Source: Longimicrobiales bacterium
Lineage (GTDB): Bacteria > Gemmatimonadota > Gemmatimonadetes > Longimicrobiales > Gaopeijiaceae
NCBI GenBank assembly: GCA_965197725.1
Contig: CBDANQ010000060.1
Span: forward strand, 111,270-175,269
Direction: 5' to 3'
Length of the DNA stretch: 64,000 bases
Under the pieces are notes generated by a model that worked only from the letters and a program-made list of their open reading frames with translations, was not told the origin of the DNA and ran no database searches. Made by a program: the position numbers and the translations under genes. This document shows positions 32,178-42,260 of the stretch, piece by piece (within the stretch, counting starts at the first letter, position 1; every line of letters begins with the position of its first letter).

Positions 32178-33401
32178 ATGAAGACCCCGCGGAAGCGCGC
32201 CCGAATATGGGCACTGATCGCGGTCTTCGCCGGGGGCGTCGCGCCCCCGGCGGCGGACGCTGTGGCCGGGCAGGAAATCAGGGGCTCGGTCTTCATTGAG
32301 ACCCGGATCTTCCCCAACGACCCGCTGTTCGCCGAGCAGAGCGACGCGGCCTTCTCTCCGTCGATCGGGCTTGCGCCAGAATTCATCTGGTGGATGGACG
32401 GGGACGGGCCGGAGCTGCGCCTGTCCCCCATGCTGCGCCTGGACGCCCACGACGCGAGTCGTACGCACTTCGACTTGCGCGAGGCCAGCGCCCTGTGGCT
32501 GCGCGACGGATGGACGCTCATGGCAGGCGTCGGCAAGGTGTTCTGGGGCACCACCGAATCGGTGCACCTGGTGGACATCGTGAATCAGAACGACGGCGTG
32601 GAGGACATCGATGGCGAGGACAAGCTCGGCCAGCCGATGGTGAACTTCACGCTGGAGCGGGACTGGGGCGCTCTGGACCTGTTCCTGATGCCGTTCTTCC
32701 GCGAGCGCACATTTCCCGGCAGCGAGGGCCGCCTGCGTGGCCTCGCCTCGGTGCTGGGCGATGCCGTCTACGAGTCCGATGCGGGGCGGTGGCGCCCGGA
32801 CGTTGCAGCGCGCTGGTCCCAAAGCCTGGGCGACATTGACCTCGGCGTAGCTGGGTTCTACGGCACGAGCCGTGAACCGAACCTGTTGCCCACCGGGGCC
32901 GGGGGCGACTTCGCGCTGCAGCCGCACTACAGGATCATCGACCAGTTCAGCGTGGACGCCCAATACACGCGGGGAGCCACGTTGTGGAAGCTCGAGGCCA
33001 TGATGCGCGGCGGGCATGGAGACCGTTTCGCCGCGGGTGTCCTGGGGGTGGAGCACACGCTCTTCGGCGTGGGGCCCGGGGCGGCCGATCTGGGCCTGCT
33101 GGCCGAGGTGATGTTCGACGGGCGCGGGCCGAACGCGCCCTACACGGCGTTCGACAACGACGTGTTTGTGGGATTTCGGTGGGCCTTCAATGACGTCCAG
33201 GGCACGTCCATCCTGGGCGGGCCGATCGTGGATCTCAAGCACGGCGAAACGATCGCGTTTATCGAGGCCGAGCGTCGCCTCGGCGAGCGCTGGGTCGGCG
33301 CGGTGGAGATGCGCCTGTTCCTCAATACCGACGTCACGGCACCGCTGCACACGCTGCGACAGGACGACTTCCTGACGTTCAGCCTGAGCCGTTTCTTCTA
33401 G
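32178..33401 (+). CDS. Outer-membrane beta-barrel hypothetical protein
   Basis: Signal peptide, VFWG..E..HLVDIVNQ, C-terminal Phe. Confidence 0.75.
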   Translation: MKTPRKRARIWALIAVFAGGVAPPAADAVAGQEIRGSVFIETRIFPNDPLFAEQSDAAFSPSIGLAPEFIWWMDGDGPELRLSPMLRLDAHDASRTHFDLREASALWLRDGWTLMAGVGKVFWGTTESVHLVDIVNQNDGVEDIDGEDKLGQPMVNFTLERDWGALDLFLMPFFRERTFPGSEGRLRGLASVLGDAVYESDAGRWRPDVAARWSQSLGDIDLGVAGFYGTSREPNLLPTGAGGDFALQPHYRIIDQFSVDAQYTRGATLWKLEAMMRGGHGDRFAAGVLGVEHTLFGVGPGAADLGLLAEVMFDGRGPNAPYTAFDNDVFVGFRWAFNDVQGTSILGGPIVDLKHGETIAFIEAERRLGERWVGAVEMRLFLNTDVTAPLHTLRQDDFLTFSLSRFF

Positions 33402-33443
33402 CGCTCATCGGCCGTCCTCAGCGTGCCCACACCTTACGCAAGG

Positions 33444-33764
33444 CTATGAGAGGGTGCGAGGATATCGGAGTGAGGGAAAGCACGTGCGGTACCGGCCTCC
33501 ATCTCTCGTGAGCAGCGTCATCCGTGCCACCGCCGCGTGCGCGCCGATGTAGAAGTCGGGCAACGGCGAGTGCTTAGCCCCGCCGCGCCTACGGTACTGC
33601 ACCAAGCACTTGCCCGCGAGAAATGCTGCATCCCAGGGCAACGCATCTCTCCGGAACATGGCCGGCGGCAACGCTTCTTCGGGTTCCTCGATGCGCTCGA
33701 ACCGAATGGAGACCTCAGCATATATGAGCGGATACCTTTCGGACGACATGGACAACTCGGTCAT
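33444..33764 (-). pseudogene. PIN/VapC toxin fragment
   Basis: IYAEVS, SPLPDFYIGAHA, LLTRD; N-terminal acidic motif and antitoxin absent. Confidence 0.75.
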
Positions 33765-33814
33765 GGATCACGGTTGAAGGACGCGTTCGTCCATTCGTTT
33801 TAGCTTCTTCCCCC

Positions 33815-35779
33815 ATGATCTCCGTTTCAAACCTCGAAAAGTCGTTCGGCGACCGCACGCTGTTCACCGGCGCCTCCTTCCAGCTCAACCCGGGGGAGCG
33901 CTACGGGCTGGTGGGCGCCAACGGGTCGGGCAAGACCACGCTTCTCAACATCCTGTGCGGCGACCTGGAGTCCAGTGACGGCACGGTCTCCGTGCCGAAG
34001 CATCTGCGGATGGGAGTCCTGCGCCAGGACCAGTTCGTGTATGAGAATGAGGAGATTCTCAGGGTCACCCTCATGGGGAACCCGGAGCTGTGGCACGCGA
34101 TGGTGGAAAAGGAGGCGCTGTTGGCGCGGGCCGAGCAGCACTTCGACGCCAACCGGTTTTCGGAGCTGGAGGCGACTTTTCAGCGGCACGACGGATATAC
34201 CGCCGAAGCCCGTGCCGCCACGATTCTGGAGGGTCTGGGTCTCCCGACGGAGGTCCATCGCTCTCCCGTGTCCACGCTGTCGGGCGGATTCAAGCTTCGG
34301 GTCCTGCTCGCTCAGGTACTGGCAAGCGCCCCCGACATCCTTCTTCTCGACGAGCCGACCAACCACCTCGACATCATCTCCATCCGCTGGCTCGAGATGT
34401 TCCTGCGTGCTTTCAAGGGGCCGGTGGTGGTCATCTCACACGACCACCGATTCCTGGACAACGTGATGACGCATGTCCTGGATGTGGACTACGAGACGGT
34501 GCTGCTCTATCACGGGAACTACAGCGACTCTCTGAAGGCGAAGCAGCTGGAGCGCGAGCGCAGGGAGAAGGACATCGCGGCCCGAGAGCGGGACATCGCG
34601 CATCACCAGAAGTTCGTGGACCGGTTCCGGGCGAAGGCGAGCAAGGCTCGGCAGGCACAGAGCAAGGTGCGCATGATCGAGAAGAAGGCGACGGCGCTCA
34701 CGGGGCTGCCCATGAGCTCGCGGCGCTACCCCACCATCCGATTCGAGCAGAAGCGCAACAGCGGAAAGGAAGTGCTCAGCGTCAAGGGCATCAAAAAGGC
34801 GTTCGGTGACAACGAGGTGCTGCACGGCGTGGACCTCACCGTGAACCGGGGTGACCGGCTGGCCATCATGGGCCCCAATGGCATCGGCAAGTCCACGCTG
34901 CTCAAGGTCATCGTGGGCGAGTTGCAGCCCGACGCTGGAGAGGTCGAGTGGGGCTACGAGACCCATCGCGGCTACTTCGCCCAGGACCACCACGAGCAGT
35001 TCGAGTCGCCGAAGCGCACGGCCGAGGGCTGGGTATGGGATTTCTGCCCGGACAAGGACATCGGCTATGTGCGGGGTCGGATGGGGCTGATGCTGTTCTC
35101 CGGCGACGACGGCAAGAAGCGGCTGAGTGCGCTGTCCGGTGGAGAGGCCGCACGCCTGGTCTTCACCAGGTTGGCGATGGAGCGCCCGAACGTCCTGGTG
35201 CTGGACGAGCCGACCAATCACCTGGATCTCGAGTCGATTGAGTCGCTCGTCGAGGGACTCAGGACCTTCGAGGGCACGCTTCTGTTGGTCTCGCACGATC
35301 GCTGGTTCGTGAGCCAGCTCGCCACCCGCGTCGTGGAGATCAAGCGCGACGACATCGTCGACTACCTGGGCACCTACGAGGAGTACGTGCACTTCTGCGG
35401 CGACGACCATCTGGACGCCGACCGCGTGATCCTCAAGGCCAAGCGGGAGAAGAAGAAAGACAAAGGGGACAAGACGGATCGGTCCGGCGGGTCCGTCGAC
35501 GGGAGCGGGCCCGCGCCGACGGAGGGCCGGCGCGGTGCTTCGAAGACGCACAGGAATCGCATGCGCGAGAGCCTCGACGCCCTGATGGCTCGCATCGACA
35601 CGGCCGAAGCACGTGTCGAGGAAATCGATGAGCTATTCTGCCAACCCGGCTACTACGAGCAGACTCCGCCCGACGACGTCAGGGCGCTGGAAGATGAGCG
35701 TTCGCGCCTGAAGAGTGAGGTGGCCGACCTCACCCGCGATTGGGACCGGACCGAAGAGGAGTTGAGCGCCTTGCGGTAG
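33815..35779 (+). CDS. ABC-F family ATPase
   Basis: Two NBDs (GANGSGKT, GPNGIGKS, LDEPTNHLD x2), no TM, C-terminal coiled coil. Confidence 0.93.
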   Translation: MISVSNLEKSFGDRTLFTGASFQLNPGERYGLVGANGSGKTTLLNILCGDLESSDGTVSVPKHLRMGVLRQDQFVYENEEILRVTLMGNPELWHAMVEKEALLARAEQHFDANRFSELEATFQRHDGYTAEARAATILEGLGLPTEVHRSPVSTLSGGFKLRVLLAQVLASAPDILLLDEPTNHLDIISIRWLEMFLRAFKGPVVVISHDHRFLDNVMTHVLDVDYETVLLYHGNYSDSLKAKQLERERREKDIAARERDIAHHQKFVDRFRAKASKARQAQSKVRMIEKKATALTGLPMSSRRYPTIRFEQKRNSGKEVLSVKGIKKAFGDNEVLHGVDLTVNRGDRLAIMGPNGIGKSTLLKVIVGELQPDAGEVEWGYETHRGYFAQDHHEQFESPKRTAEGWVWDFCPDKDIGYVRGRMGLMLFSGDDGKKRLSALSGGEAARLVFTRLAMERPNVLVLDEPTNHLDLESIESLVEGLRTFEGTLLLVSHDRWFVSQLATRVVEIKRDDIVDYLGTYEEYVHFCGDDHLDADRVILKAKREKKKDKGDKTDRSGGSVDGSGPAPTEGRRGASKTHRNRMRESLDALMARIDTAEARVEEIDELFCQPGYYEQTPPDDVRALEDERSRLKSEVADLTRDWDRTEEELSALR

Positions 35780-35859
35780 TACGTCCAGGAAGGCTACCAG
35801 TCCCCATTCCCTGCCGCCGGTCAAAGGATCAACAACTGCACAGTCGATATCGGGTAGAC

Positions 35860-36498
35860 AACGTCCCTCCCATACTCCGAATTCCGTTCCTGGTCTACGG
35901 GTATGTTCTTGGCGGGATCTGGTTCGCCTACATGTTGCTGCTTCGACTGACCCTGAGGGTCCGAGTTACGGGTACCGCCAACGTGCCGAACGGCTCGAAC
36001 TTCATCCTTTGCCAGTGGCATGAGTCCGGCCCGTTGACGGTTGAAGCATGGATGCCGCGTCTTCCAGCCTACTTGCGGCAGCGGCCGCACGCCTGGATCG
36101 TGTATTCGGACTGGTATACGAAGCCGGTTTGGGTGCTCTTGGGTTTGGTCGGCGTCCAGCAACTCGTTCCTTCATCGACGGGGAATGGCCGACGCGCGGC
36201 CGCGGAGGAGATCGTGAGCTACCTCAAGAAAGGGTACTCGACGTTCGTCACTCCGGACGGTCCGAAGGGGCCGCCGCGAACTCTGAAGAAAGGCGTGCTT
36301 CACATGGCCGTTCAGAGTGGCGTGCCGATCCTTCCCGTGCGCATTTCGGCCAACCGCTGCTACCGAACCGGCTCGTGGGATCGAAAGATGCAGCCGCTGC
36401 CCTTTTCCACGATCCATGTGGCCCTCGGAGCTCCGATCGCCGTGACGACGAGCACCTTCGACGAGAGCATTGAAGCACTTACCGCCGCCCTAGGGTAG
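35860..36498 (+). CDS. DUF374/lysophospholipid acyltransferase family protein
   Basis: WH, TPDGPKGP, SWDR..PLPF; start uncertain. Confidence 0.75.
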   Translation, partial: NVPPILRIPFLVYGYVLGGIWFAYMLLLRLTLRVRVTGTANVPNGSNFILCQWHESGPLTVEAWMPRLPAYLRQRPHAWIVYSDWYTKPVWVLLGLVGVQQLVPSSTGNGRRAAAEEIVSYLKKGYSTFVTPDGPKGPPRTLKKGVLHMAVQSGVPILPVRISANRCYRTGSWDRKMQPLPFSTIHVALGAPIAVTTSTFDESIEALTAALG

Positions 36499-36522
36499 AG
36501 GAAGAGCCCCGCAGATCGCTAA

Positions 36523-37263
36523 TTGGCCTACATGACGAGCAGACACCTCTTCAAGTCACTGACCGGTGCACTTCTGGTCCTCTCCGGTTGCTCGCCACCG
36601 CCCCCGGAGGGGGCGGAGTCCGTCATCGTCCTGCATGGCCTGCGCCGTACCTCTACCTCGATGGTGATTCTCGTGGCGCGCCTCGAGGATGCCGGTTACG
36701 GCGTTACCAGTTTTGGGTATGCATCGACGGCGGAGCCCATGGAATCCCTCGTCGACCAGCTCGAAGCCGCGGTGGCGCTGTGCTGTGCGGACCATGCGGA
36801 CGCCGTGCATTTCGTCACGCACTCGATGGGAGGGGTGTTGGTCCGGAGCTATCTCTCCGAGCAACCCGAGCCGCACGAGGGGCGCGTCGTGATGCTGAGT
36901 CCCCCGAGCCAGGGTAGCGAGATCATCGACGCCTTCGCGGACTCGCCACGACTTCGAGCCCTATTCGTGGGCCCTGCCGCATCGCAACTGGGGACCGACT
37001 CCGCGGGCATCGCGACGCAACTGGGACCGGCACGATTCGACCTGGGCATCATCACCGGTGACCGAAGCTTGAGCCCGATAGGGTCGTGGCTCATTCCAGG
37101 GCCAGATGACGGCAAGGTCGCTGTGGGCCGTGCCAACGTCGAGGGTTCGGCAGACTTTCTGGTCATGTCCGCGACGCACACGTTCATCATGAACCGCAGA
37201 GATGTGGCTAGACAGGTCGTGCACTTTCTACGAAACGGTCGGTTCAGTCGGACGGACCCGTAG
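36523..37263 (+). CDS. Alpha/beta hydrolase lipoprotein (lipase-like)
   Basis: LSGC lipobox, LHGL, THSMGG, DDGKV, HTF. Confidence 0.88.
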   Translation: MAYMTSRHLFKSLTGALLVLSGCSPPPPEGAESVIVLHGLRRTSTSMVILVARLEDAGYGVTSFGYASTAEPMESLVDQLEAAVALCCADHADAVHFVTHSMGGVLVRSYLSEQPEPHEGRVVMLSPPSQGSEIIDAFADSPRLRALFVGPAASQLGTDSAGIATQLGPARFDLGIITGDRSLSPIGSWLIPGPDDGKVAVGRANVEGSADFLVMSATHTFIMNRRDVARQVVHFLRNGRFSRTDP

Positions 37264-37281
37264 TCCCTAGGCCGGAGGAGC

Positions 37282-37467
37282 GTCGAGGTCGTGCAGGCGT
37301 TTCGACGCTTGGCGCGGTCGGGCACGGTCTCGGACGCGAGGGCGACCGGGGCAGTCGAGCTACTCGACGCCCTGCCCGTCGAAAGACGCCCCGCTGGGAT
37401 TCTCGTGCCGCGCGTGTGGACGCTGCGCGACAACCTGAGCGCTTACGACGGACCCAGCTTGGAGTGA
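37282..37467 (+). pseudogene. Internal fragment of a second PIN/VapC toxin
   Basis: EVVQAFRRL...RVWTLRDNLSAYD; no start or end. Confidence 0.65.
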
Positions 37468-37550
37468 ATGTCTTATGGTACGCGAGGGGGTCGTGTACGT
37501 GACGGACAGCGAGAATCCTGGGGTTCGAGCTCTCGAAGGAGCCGTTTAGC

Positions 37551-38640
37551 ATGCGTATCGCTCGTCCCTGGACTGTCGGCGGTCTCATCGTCCTGGGGGC
37601 TGACGCGGGCCCAGACGTACACGCTCAGCATGCCGCCAGCGTGACCGTCGAGGAGACGGCTGGTATCCGGCGCACCCGGTTCCCGACCCGTGCACTGGCG
37701 AGCTCGTCTACGGTCCCGATACATCCGGACAGGCCCGACCTCGCCGGGGCCTGTCCGTCACCGAAGACGCGAAGGCCGTGCAAGTCGGCAGGCTACGATT
37801 CAGCAAGCGTGGCTCCCCGCTCCTTCTCTCGGCCGACTACCGAGGAGAGCTCATCGTAGTGGGTCGGGACGGCATCGTGGTCATCGACGGGGCAGGGGCC
37901 CGGCACGACGCGTCGGAGATCGAGTGGCAATCAGTGGAGCTCCTCAAGCGGGGTCCGCTGACGGTGCACCTGCGCTACGAAGGAACACTGGAGTTCAGCC
38001 GGGGAGGCCGTGCCGATGTAGTGATCGACGTGGAAATACCGAACAGCAAATCGTGGGTGAAGATCTCCACGGTCGTGCGCGATCTGGACCGGAGCGTGCG
38101 GGAAGTCGCCATCGAGACGCCGCTGAAGCTGGGCGAATATCCGTGGACGTGGGACTTCGGCACACCGAACGGTACGTGTGGCGCGTTCAGGGACTCGTCC
38201 GGCTCCGTCGTGCTGACACAGACGATCGCCCAAGACCGCGACGGGTCCTGGATGGTCCACGCCGGCCCGGCCGGGGCAGAGCAACCCTTCGAGAAGAGCG
38301 CGCCCAACCGGCCCGAGATCGTGCGCGGCTGGACCCACTTCCAGAACCAGTCGCAGGCTGTGGCGTTCGCGATCGAGGGGCTCGGCGACGTCCCCGGCAG
38401 GTTCACGGCAACCCTGAATGGCGAGGGCCAGACCTCGTTCGCCTTCGCGCCCGTGGAGTCAGTCGCCGAGCACTCACTCACCGTCTACGAGCACTTCGTC
38501 GTGACGCCGGTGCCTATCGGAGCCGCCACGAGTCCTGCTTCCATCTTGAGCCCGCTCCGCGCGCGGGTGGAGCTCCGTCCGAACCTACCTACCCGTGACC
38601 ACTCGGATGATACCGCCCGTGTAACCCGTACCGTATTGGA
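37551..38640 (+). CDS. Secreted hypothetical protein, frameshifted or deleted
   Basis: Signal-like N-terminus (VTVEETAGIRR) in one frame, beta-rich body in another; 3' end unclear. Confidence 0.45.
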
Positions 38641-38748
38641 TCGCGGCGTCTCTCAGGTCGAGGAACTCGATCCGTTCTCCCAGCGAGTCCTTTTCGTGTC
38701 GAGGGGCACGCCCGGGCGCTTCGGGGTGGGGCGGGAGCGTCCATGGGA

Positions 38749-41097
38749 TCACATCCGGAGGAGCCGGTTCACCTTGATCACGAACCCCCGGTTCTCCAGC
38801 TTGGAGAATCGGTCGAATACGTCCGTGTCACGCTCTTCCGTGTACACGATGAAGATCTCGCTTCCGGGGGCATACTCCCAACGCAGTCGAAAGTTGGCGC
38901 TGAAGGAATCGGTACCGGCACTGTACTGAACCAGTCCGCTCAGGAAGGTCCGGGGCGAGAAGCTGTAGCTGACGCGCGTCGAAGCCACGTGCTGGGTGAA
39001 GTCGCCCTGGGGCAGATCGACCCAGTTGAACGAGACATTGGGCTCGACGGAGAGTTGGGGCAGGACTTCGATTCTGGCCCTCTCAAACCCTACCGACGTG
39101 CGGTCGCCACCGAAGAAGCTGCCCCTTTGCAACGACAGATTTCCCGCAAATGGGCGCTGGAGACCGAAGCTGTAGCTGAACTGGACGTTTCGAAAGCTGT
39201 ATCGGCCCACCGGGATCGTCACGCCGGGTGCGATCGGAAACAGTTCGCTCAGGTTCTCGTAGCTGTCGGTGAAGTCCACGCTGAACTCATCGCTGGTCTC
39301 GAACTCGATCTGGAAATTGCCCTGTCGCTCCCGGGTCTCGACGAACCCCGCCTCGGCGTTCTCCAGGTAATTGATTCGCGCCTCGAGCGTCACCTGCCGG
39401 ATGGACTCGATGGACGCCGGTCGCGGGCTGTACCGCCCCGAGAGGAAGCTTTGTCGGATTCCTTTCCGCTGCACGAACCCGAGCTCCGGGTTGAAGTCTT
39501 CGCCAACCAGGAGGTGATCGATCTGGAGTCCCCACGCGTCCCCCGAGTAGCTGAATCGGCTACGGTAGCTCTCGTCTGTCCCGGTGAGCCCCTCGGTATC
39601 GGTCTTGGCGTAGTAGCCGAGGAGGTCGACGTTGTCCAAGACCGAGAATGTGGCGTCGATTCCATACGCCTGGTTGGATCCCGGCGCCAGGGTGGACTCC
39701 GACCGGCTCTCGAACAGCACCCCGATGCTGCTCCGCTGAAGGATGTCCCGGCGCAGCCGTAACACCGTGAAGTTGGTCGACTCGGCTCCTGCGCTCTGGA
39801 GGTCGTCCGTCCGGATGCTCAGGGCCCCGACATCGAAGGGACCCACCTTCCCGGTCACTCGACCACCGCCGAGGATGGGCACCGGCTCACCGCTCTGGAG
39901 ACCGATTCTGCGGCTGAAGAACAGCGTGGGCGCGCTCACGCCGCCGCGGCCGAAGCCCGCGCCTACACCGGCCGTCGCGAAACCGAAGATGCCCCGTCCC
40001 TCGAGAAAGAACTCCCTCCTTTCGGGAAAGAAGAGACTGAACCGCGTGAGGTTCACCTGCTGTTCGTCAGCCTCGACCTGGGCGAAGTCGGTGTTGTAGG
40101 TGAAGTCGGCTGTCAGGTTGTCGGTGATCCCGATCTTGAGGTCCAATCCCGCGTCGGCGCTCAGGTCGTTCCGGGATTCGGGATCGGTGGTCAGGTCGGT
40201 CGCGAGCCCCGAAATGCCATACGGCTTGAGCTCGATCACCCTGCTCGACGGTGGTGCCTCGAGCCCGACCAGCGTAGCGTACCTCGAGACGCGCATCGAG
40301 AGTGCCGGCCCCACTGGAGCTGCCGACCTGGGAATCAGCGTGAGATGGCTCCATTCGTTCCTCCGACGGATGGCGCGCCTCATCTGGACGCCCCAGACCT
40401 GCTCGGAGCCCCCTCGGTACCGGAGCGACTTGAAGGGGATCTGCATCTCGACTGTCCAACCGCCGTCGAAGCGACCCGTTCTTACGTCCCAGACCGGGTT
40501 CCAGTCGCTGTTCGCGTTACCCTCGTTCGTGATCGCGAAGTCGGAGAGGGCGCCGAGCGGGTTCGTGTAGAACATCACCCCGTTTCGGCGATCGTAGAAC
40601 GTGTCGAACATGACCCCGAACGTGTCGTTCTGCCGGAGCTGACCGTTGTCTCGCCGCAGCTCGTTTGCCATCCATTCGCTCTCCGGCGCGGAGTCCCACA
40701 TGCGCGCGGACACATAGATGTCCGTGTTGTCGAAGGTGAGCCAAACCTCCGTCCGCTCGGTAGCGGCTGCACCCTCATCGGGTACGCTCTGTATGAAGCC
40801 CGAGAAAGAGCGGGTCACCTCGTAGAAGGTCTCGTCCAGTCTGCCGTCGAGCTGGATCGGTCGCCTCAACCGGACCGCCCGGACGGTGGCGTCGCCGCGG
40901 TCGTCGCGGGTGATGACTTCGGGCGGCGTGGGCGGAAGGGGACCTTCGGCCCGGACCCGGTCGCTCCCCTTGGCACCTCCTGCCTGGGCAGCGAGCCCTT
41001 GGGGGCGCTCGAGCATTGCGGACACAGTGACCAGCGCCACGACGGTAATCCAGACCTTCGAGGGTCCAAGGCGAGCCATCATAGCCATTCTCTGCAT
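38749..41097 (-). CDS. DUF5916-type protein, paralogue of 1391-3630
   Basis: LDGRLDE, NTDFAQVEAD, FPERREFFLE, FFSRRIG. Confidence 0.88.
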   Translation of the reverse strand: MQRMAMMARLGPSKVWITVVALVTVSAMLERPQGLAAQAGGAKGSDRVRAEGPLPPTPPEVITRDDRGDATVRAVRLRRPIQLDGRLDETFYEVTRSFSGFIQSVPDEGAAATERTEVWLTFDNTDIYVSARMWDSAPESEWMANELRRDNGQLRQNDTFGVMFDTFYDRRNGVMFYTNPLGALSDFAITNEGNANSDWNPVWDVRTGRFDGGWTVEMQIPFKSLRYRGGSEQVWGVQMRRAIRRRNEWSHLTLIPRSAAPVGPALSMRVSRYATLVGLEAPPSSRVIELKPYGISGLATDLTTDPESRNDLSADAGLDLKIGITDNLTADFTYNTDFAQVEADEQQVNLTRFSLFFPERREFFLEGRGIFGFATAGVGAGFGRGGVSAPTLFFSRRIGLQSGEPVPILGGGRVTGKVGPFDVGALSIRTDDLQSAGAESTNFTVLRLRRDILQRSSIGVLFESRSESTLAPGSNQAYGIDATFSVLDNVDLLGYYAKTDTEGLTGTDESYRSRFSYSGDAWGLQIDHLLVGEDFNPELGFVQRKGIRQSFLSGRYSPRPASIESIRQVTLEARINYLENAEAGFVETRERQGNFQIEFETSDEFSVDFTDSYENLSELFPIAPGVTIPVGRYSFRNVQFSYSFGLQRPFAGNLSLQRGSFFGGDRTSVGFERARIEVLPQLSVEPNVSFNWVDLPQGDFTQHVASTRVSYSFSPRTFLSGLVQYSAGTDSFSANFRLRWEYAPGSEIFIVYTEERDTDVFDRFSKLENRGFVIKVNRLLRM

Positions 41098-41490
41098 CCT
41101 GATCGGCCCCCAGGTGTGCAGAAGAGTCAGAGGGTGCTACGTGAACTCGACACTGTTCAGAACGGTTTCGTTGTGGATCCCCAGCGCTTGACCGTCACCC
41201 GCTCGGCCTCACATGCGGAATAGTAGCTGATCGTCACGAAAAGGCCGTCCGCTCGAGGTCGCACATCTGGAAGTCGAATGCACCCGAGTCGTTGAACTCG
41301 CGGGTGAATTGATCCCGTTCGGCCACTGTGGCGCGAATCTCTTCCGGGAATCCCTCGTGGGCCCGGATCCCGAACTAAATGGCGTTTCCTTTGACGACGG
41401 ACTACCACGCACAGCTTGGTGGGAGAGCCGAGCGGCCTCGGAAAGGCGCCGCGCCCTCCGGAGGACCTCGATCCTTGAGCCGAAACGCCT

Positions 41491-41595
41491 GTCCTGATGC
41501 GGGAGCATGATGTCCGCCGCATCTGCACGCGCGACACGGATTTCCATCGCTTCCCGTTTGTGGAGCCCATCGACGCGTTCGTCTCAGACCGGTAG
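41491..41595 (+). pseudogene. C-terminal fragment of a third PIN/VapC toxin
   Basis: VLMREHDVRRICTRDTDFHRFPFVEPID. Confidence 0.6.
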
Positions 41596-41748
41596 GCCTC
41601 CGCCCGACATCTGATCGAGCCGTCCCATCCAGCCATCCCCTCATGGAGTGGCCGGCCGCATCGTTGGTTCAGCCGTATCTCGCTCGAGCAGGATGTGATA
41701 TGGGCTTGGCGATTCGCGATGCGGGGCTTTATCCAAAGGAGGTAAGAA

Positions 41749-41946
41749 ATGCGCAAATTGACGGGGCAAGAGTTGTCGGCGGTTCGCGGTGGTAGGCCCG
41801 GCCTGGGCACGGCTTGCGGATCCGCTGCTGGCGCGGCGTGGTCGGCGTGGCGTTGGTTTGGGAAGGTGCCGATGTGGGGCTCCTCCATCGTCGCCTATTC
41901 GGTCCTGATCGCGGGGACGACGTGCCTACTCGACGCGTTCTTCTAG
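41749..41946 (+). CDS. Double-glycine-leader peptide precursor 1 (bacteriocin-like), 65 aa
   Basis: AAGGAGGT RBS; leader MRKLTGQELSAVRGG; hydrophobic Gly/Ala-rich core with 2 Cys. Confidence 0.8.
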   Translation: MRKLTGQELSAVRGGRPGLGTACGSAAGAAWSAWRWFGKVPMWGSSIVAYSVLIAGTTCLLDAFF

Positions 41947-41981
41947 GCCTTTCTGACACTCTTCGATACAAGGAGTTGGTT

Positions 41982-42173
41982 ATGACGCGTATGACAACAG
42001 AGCAGCTGGTATCGGTGCAAGGCGGCGGCTTCTTCGATGGCTTCCTCTGCGGTGCGGGCATCGTCGCGTTGATCGCCGTCGCGACGGGCTCGGGTGGAGC
42101 GGCGCTTGGCCCCGCTTCACTCTTCTTCGCCCAGGCTGGCGTGCTAGGAGCCTGCCTAAGCGCTTTTAGGTAG
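41982..42173 (+). CDS. Double-glycine-leader peptide precursor 2 (bacteriocin-like), 63 aa
   Basis: AAGGAG RBS; leader MTRMTTEQLVSVQGG; hydrophobic core with 2 Cys. Confidence 0.8.
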   Translation: MTRMTTEQLVSVQGGGFFDGFLCGAGIVALIAVATGSGGAALGPASLFFAQAGVLGACLSAFR

Positions 42174-42234
42174 GGCACGCGTAGTCCAAGACCGGAGGAG
42201 CCATGGTCCTGAGAGCGTTCGGACCGACCAGCCA

Positions 42235-42260
42235 CCACGGCGGGGCATGCCCCGCCGTGG
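42235..42260. repeat. Perfect 26-bp palindrome
   Basis: CCACGGCGGGGCATGCCCCGCCGTGG. Confidence 0.85.
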
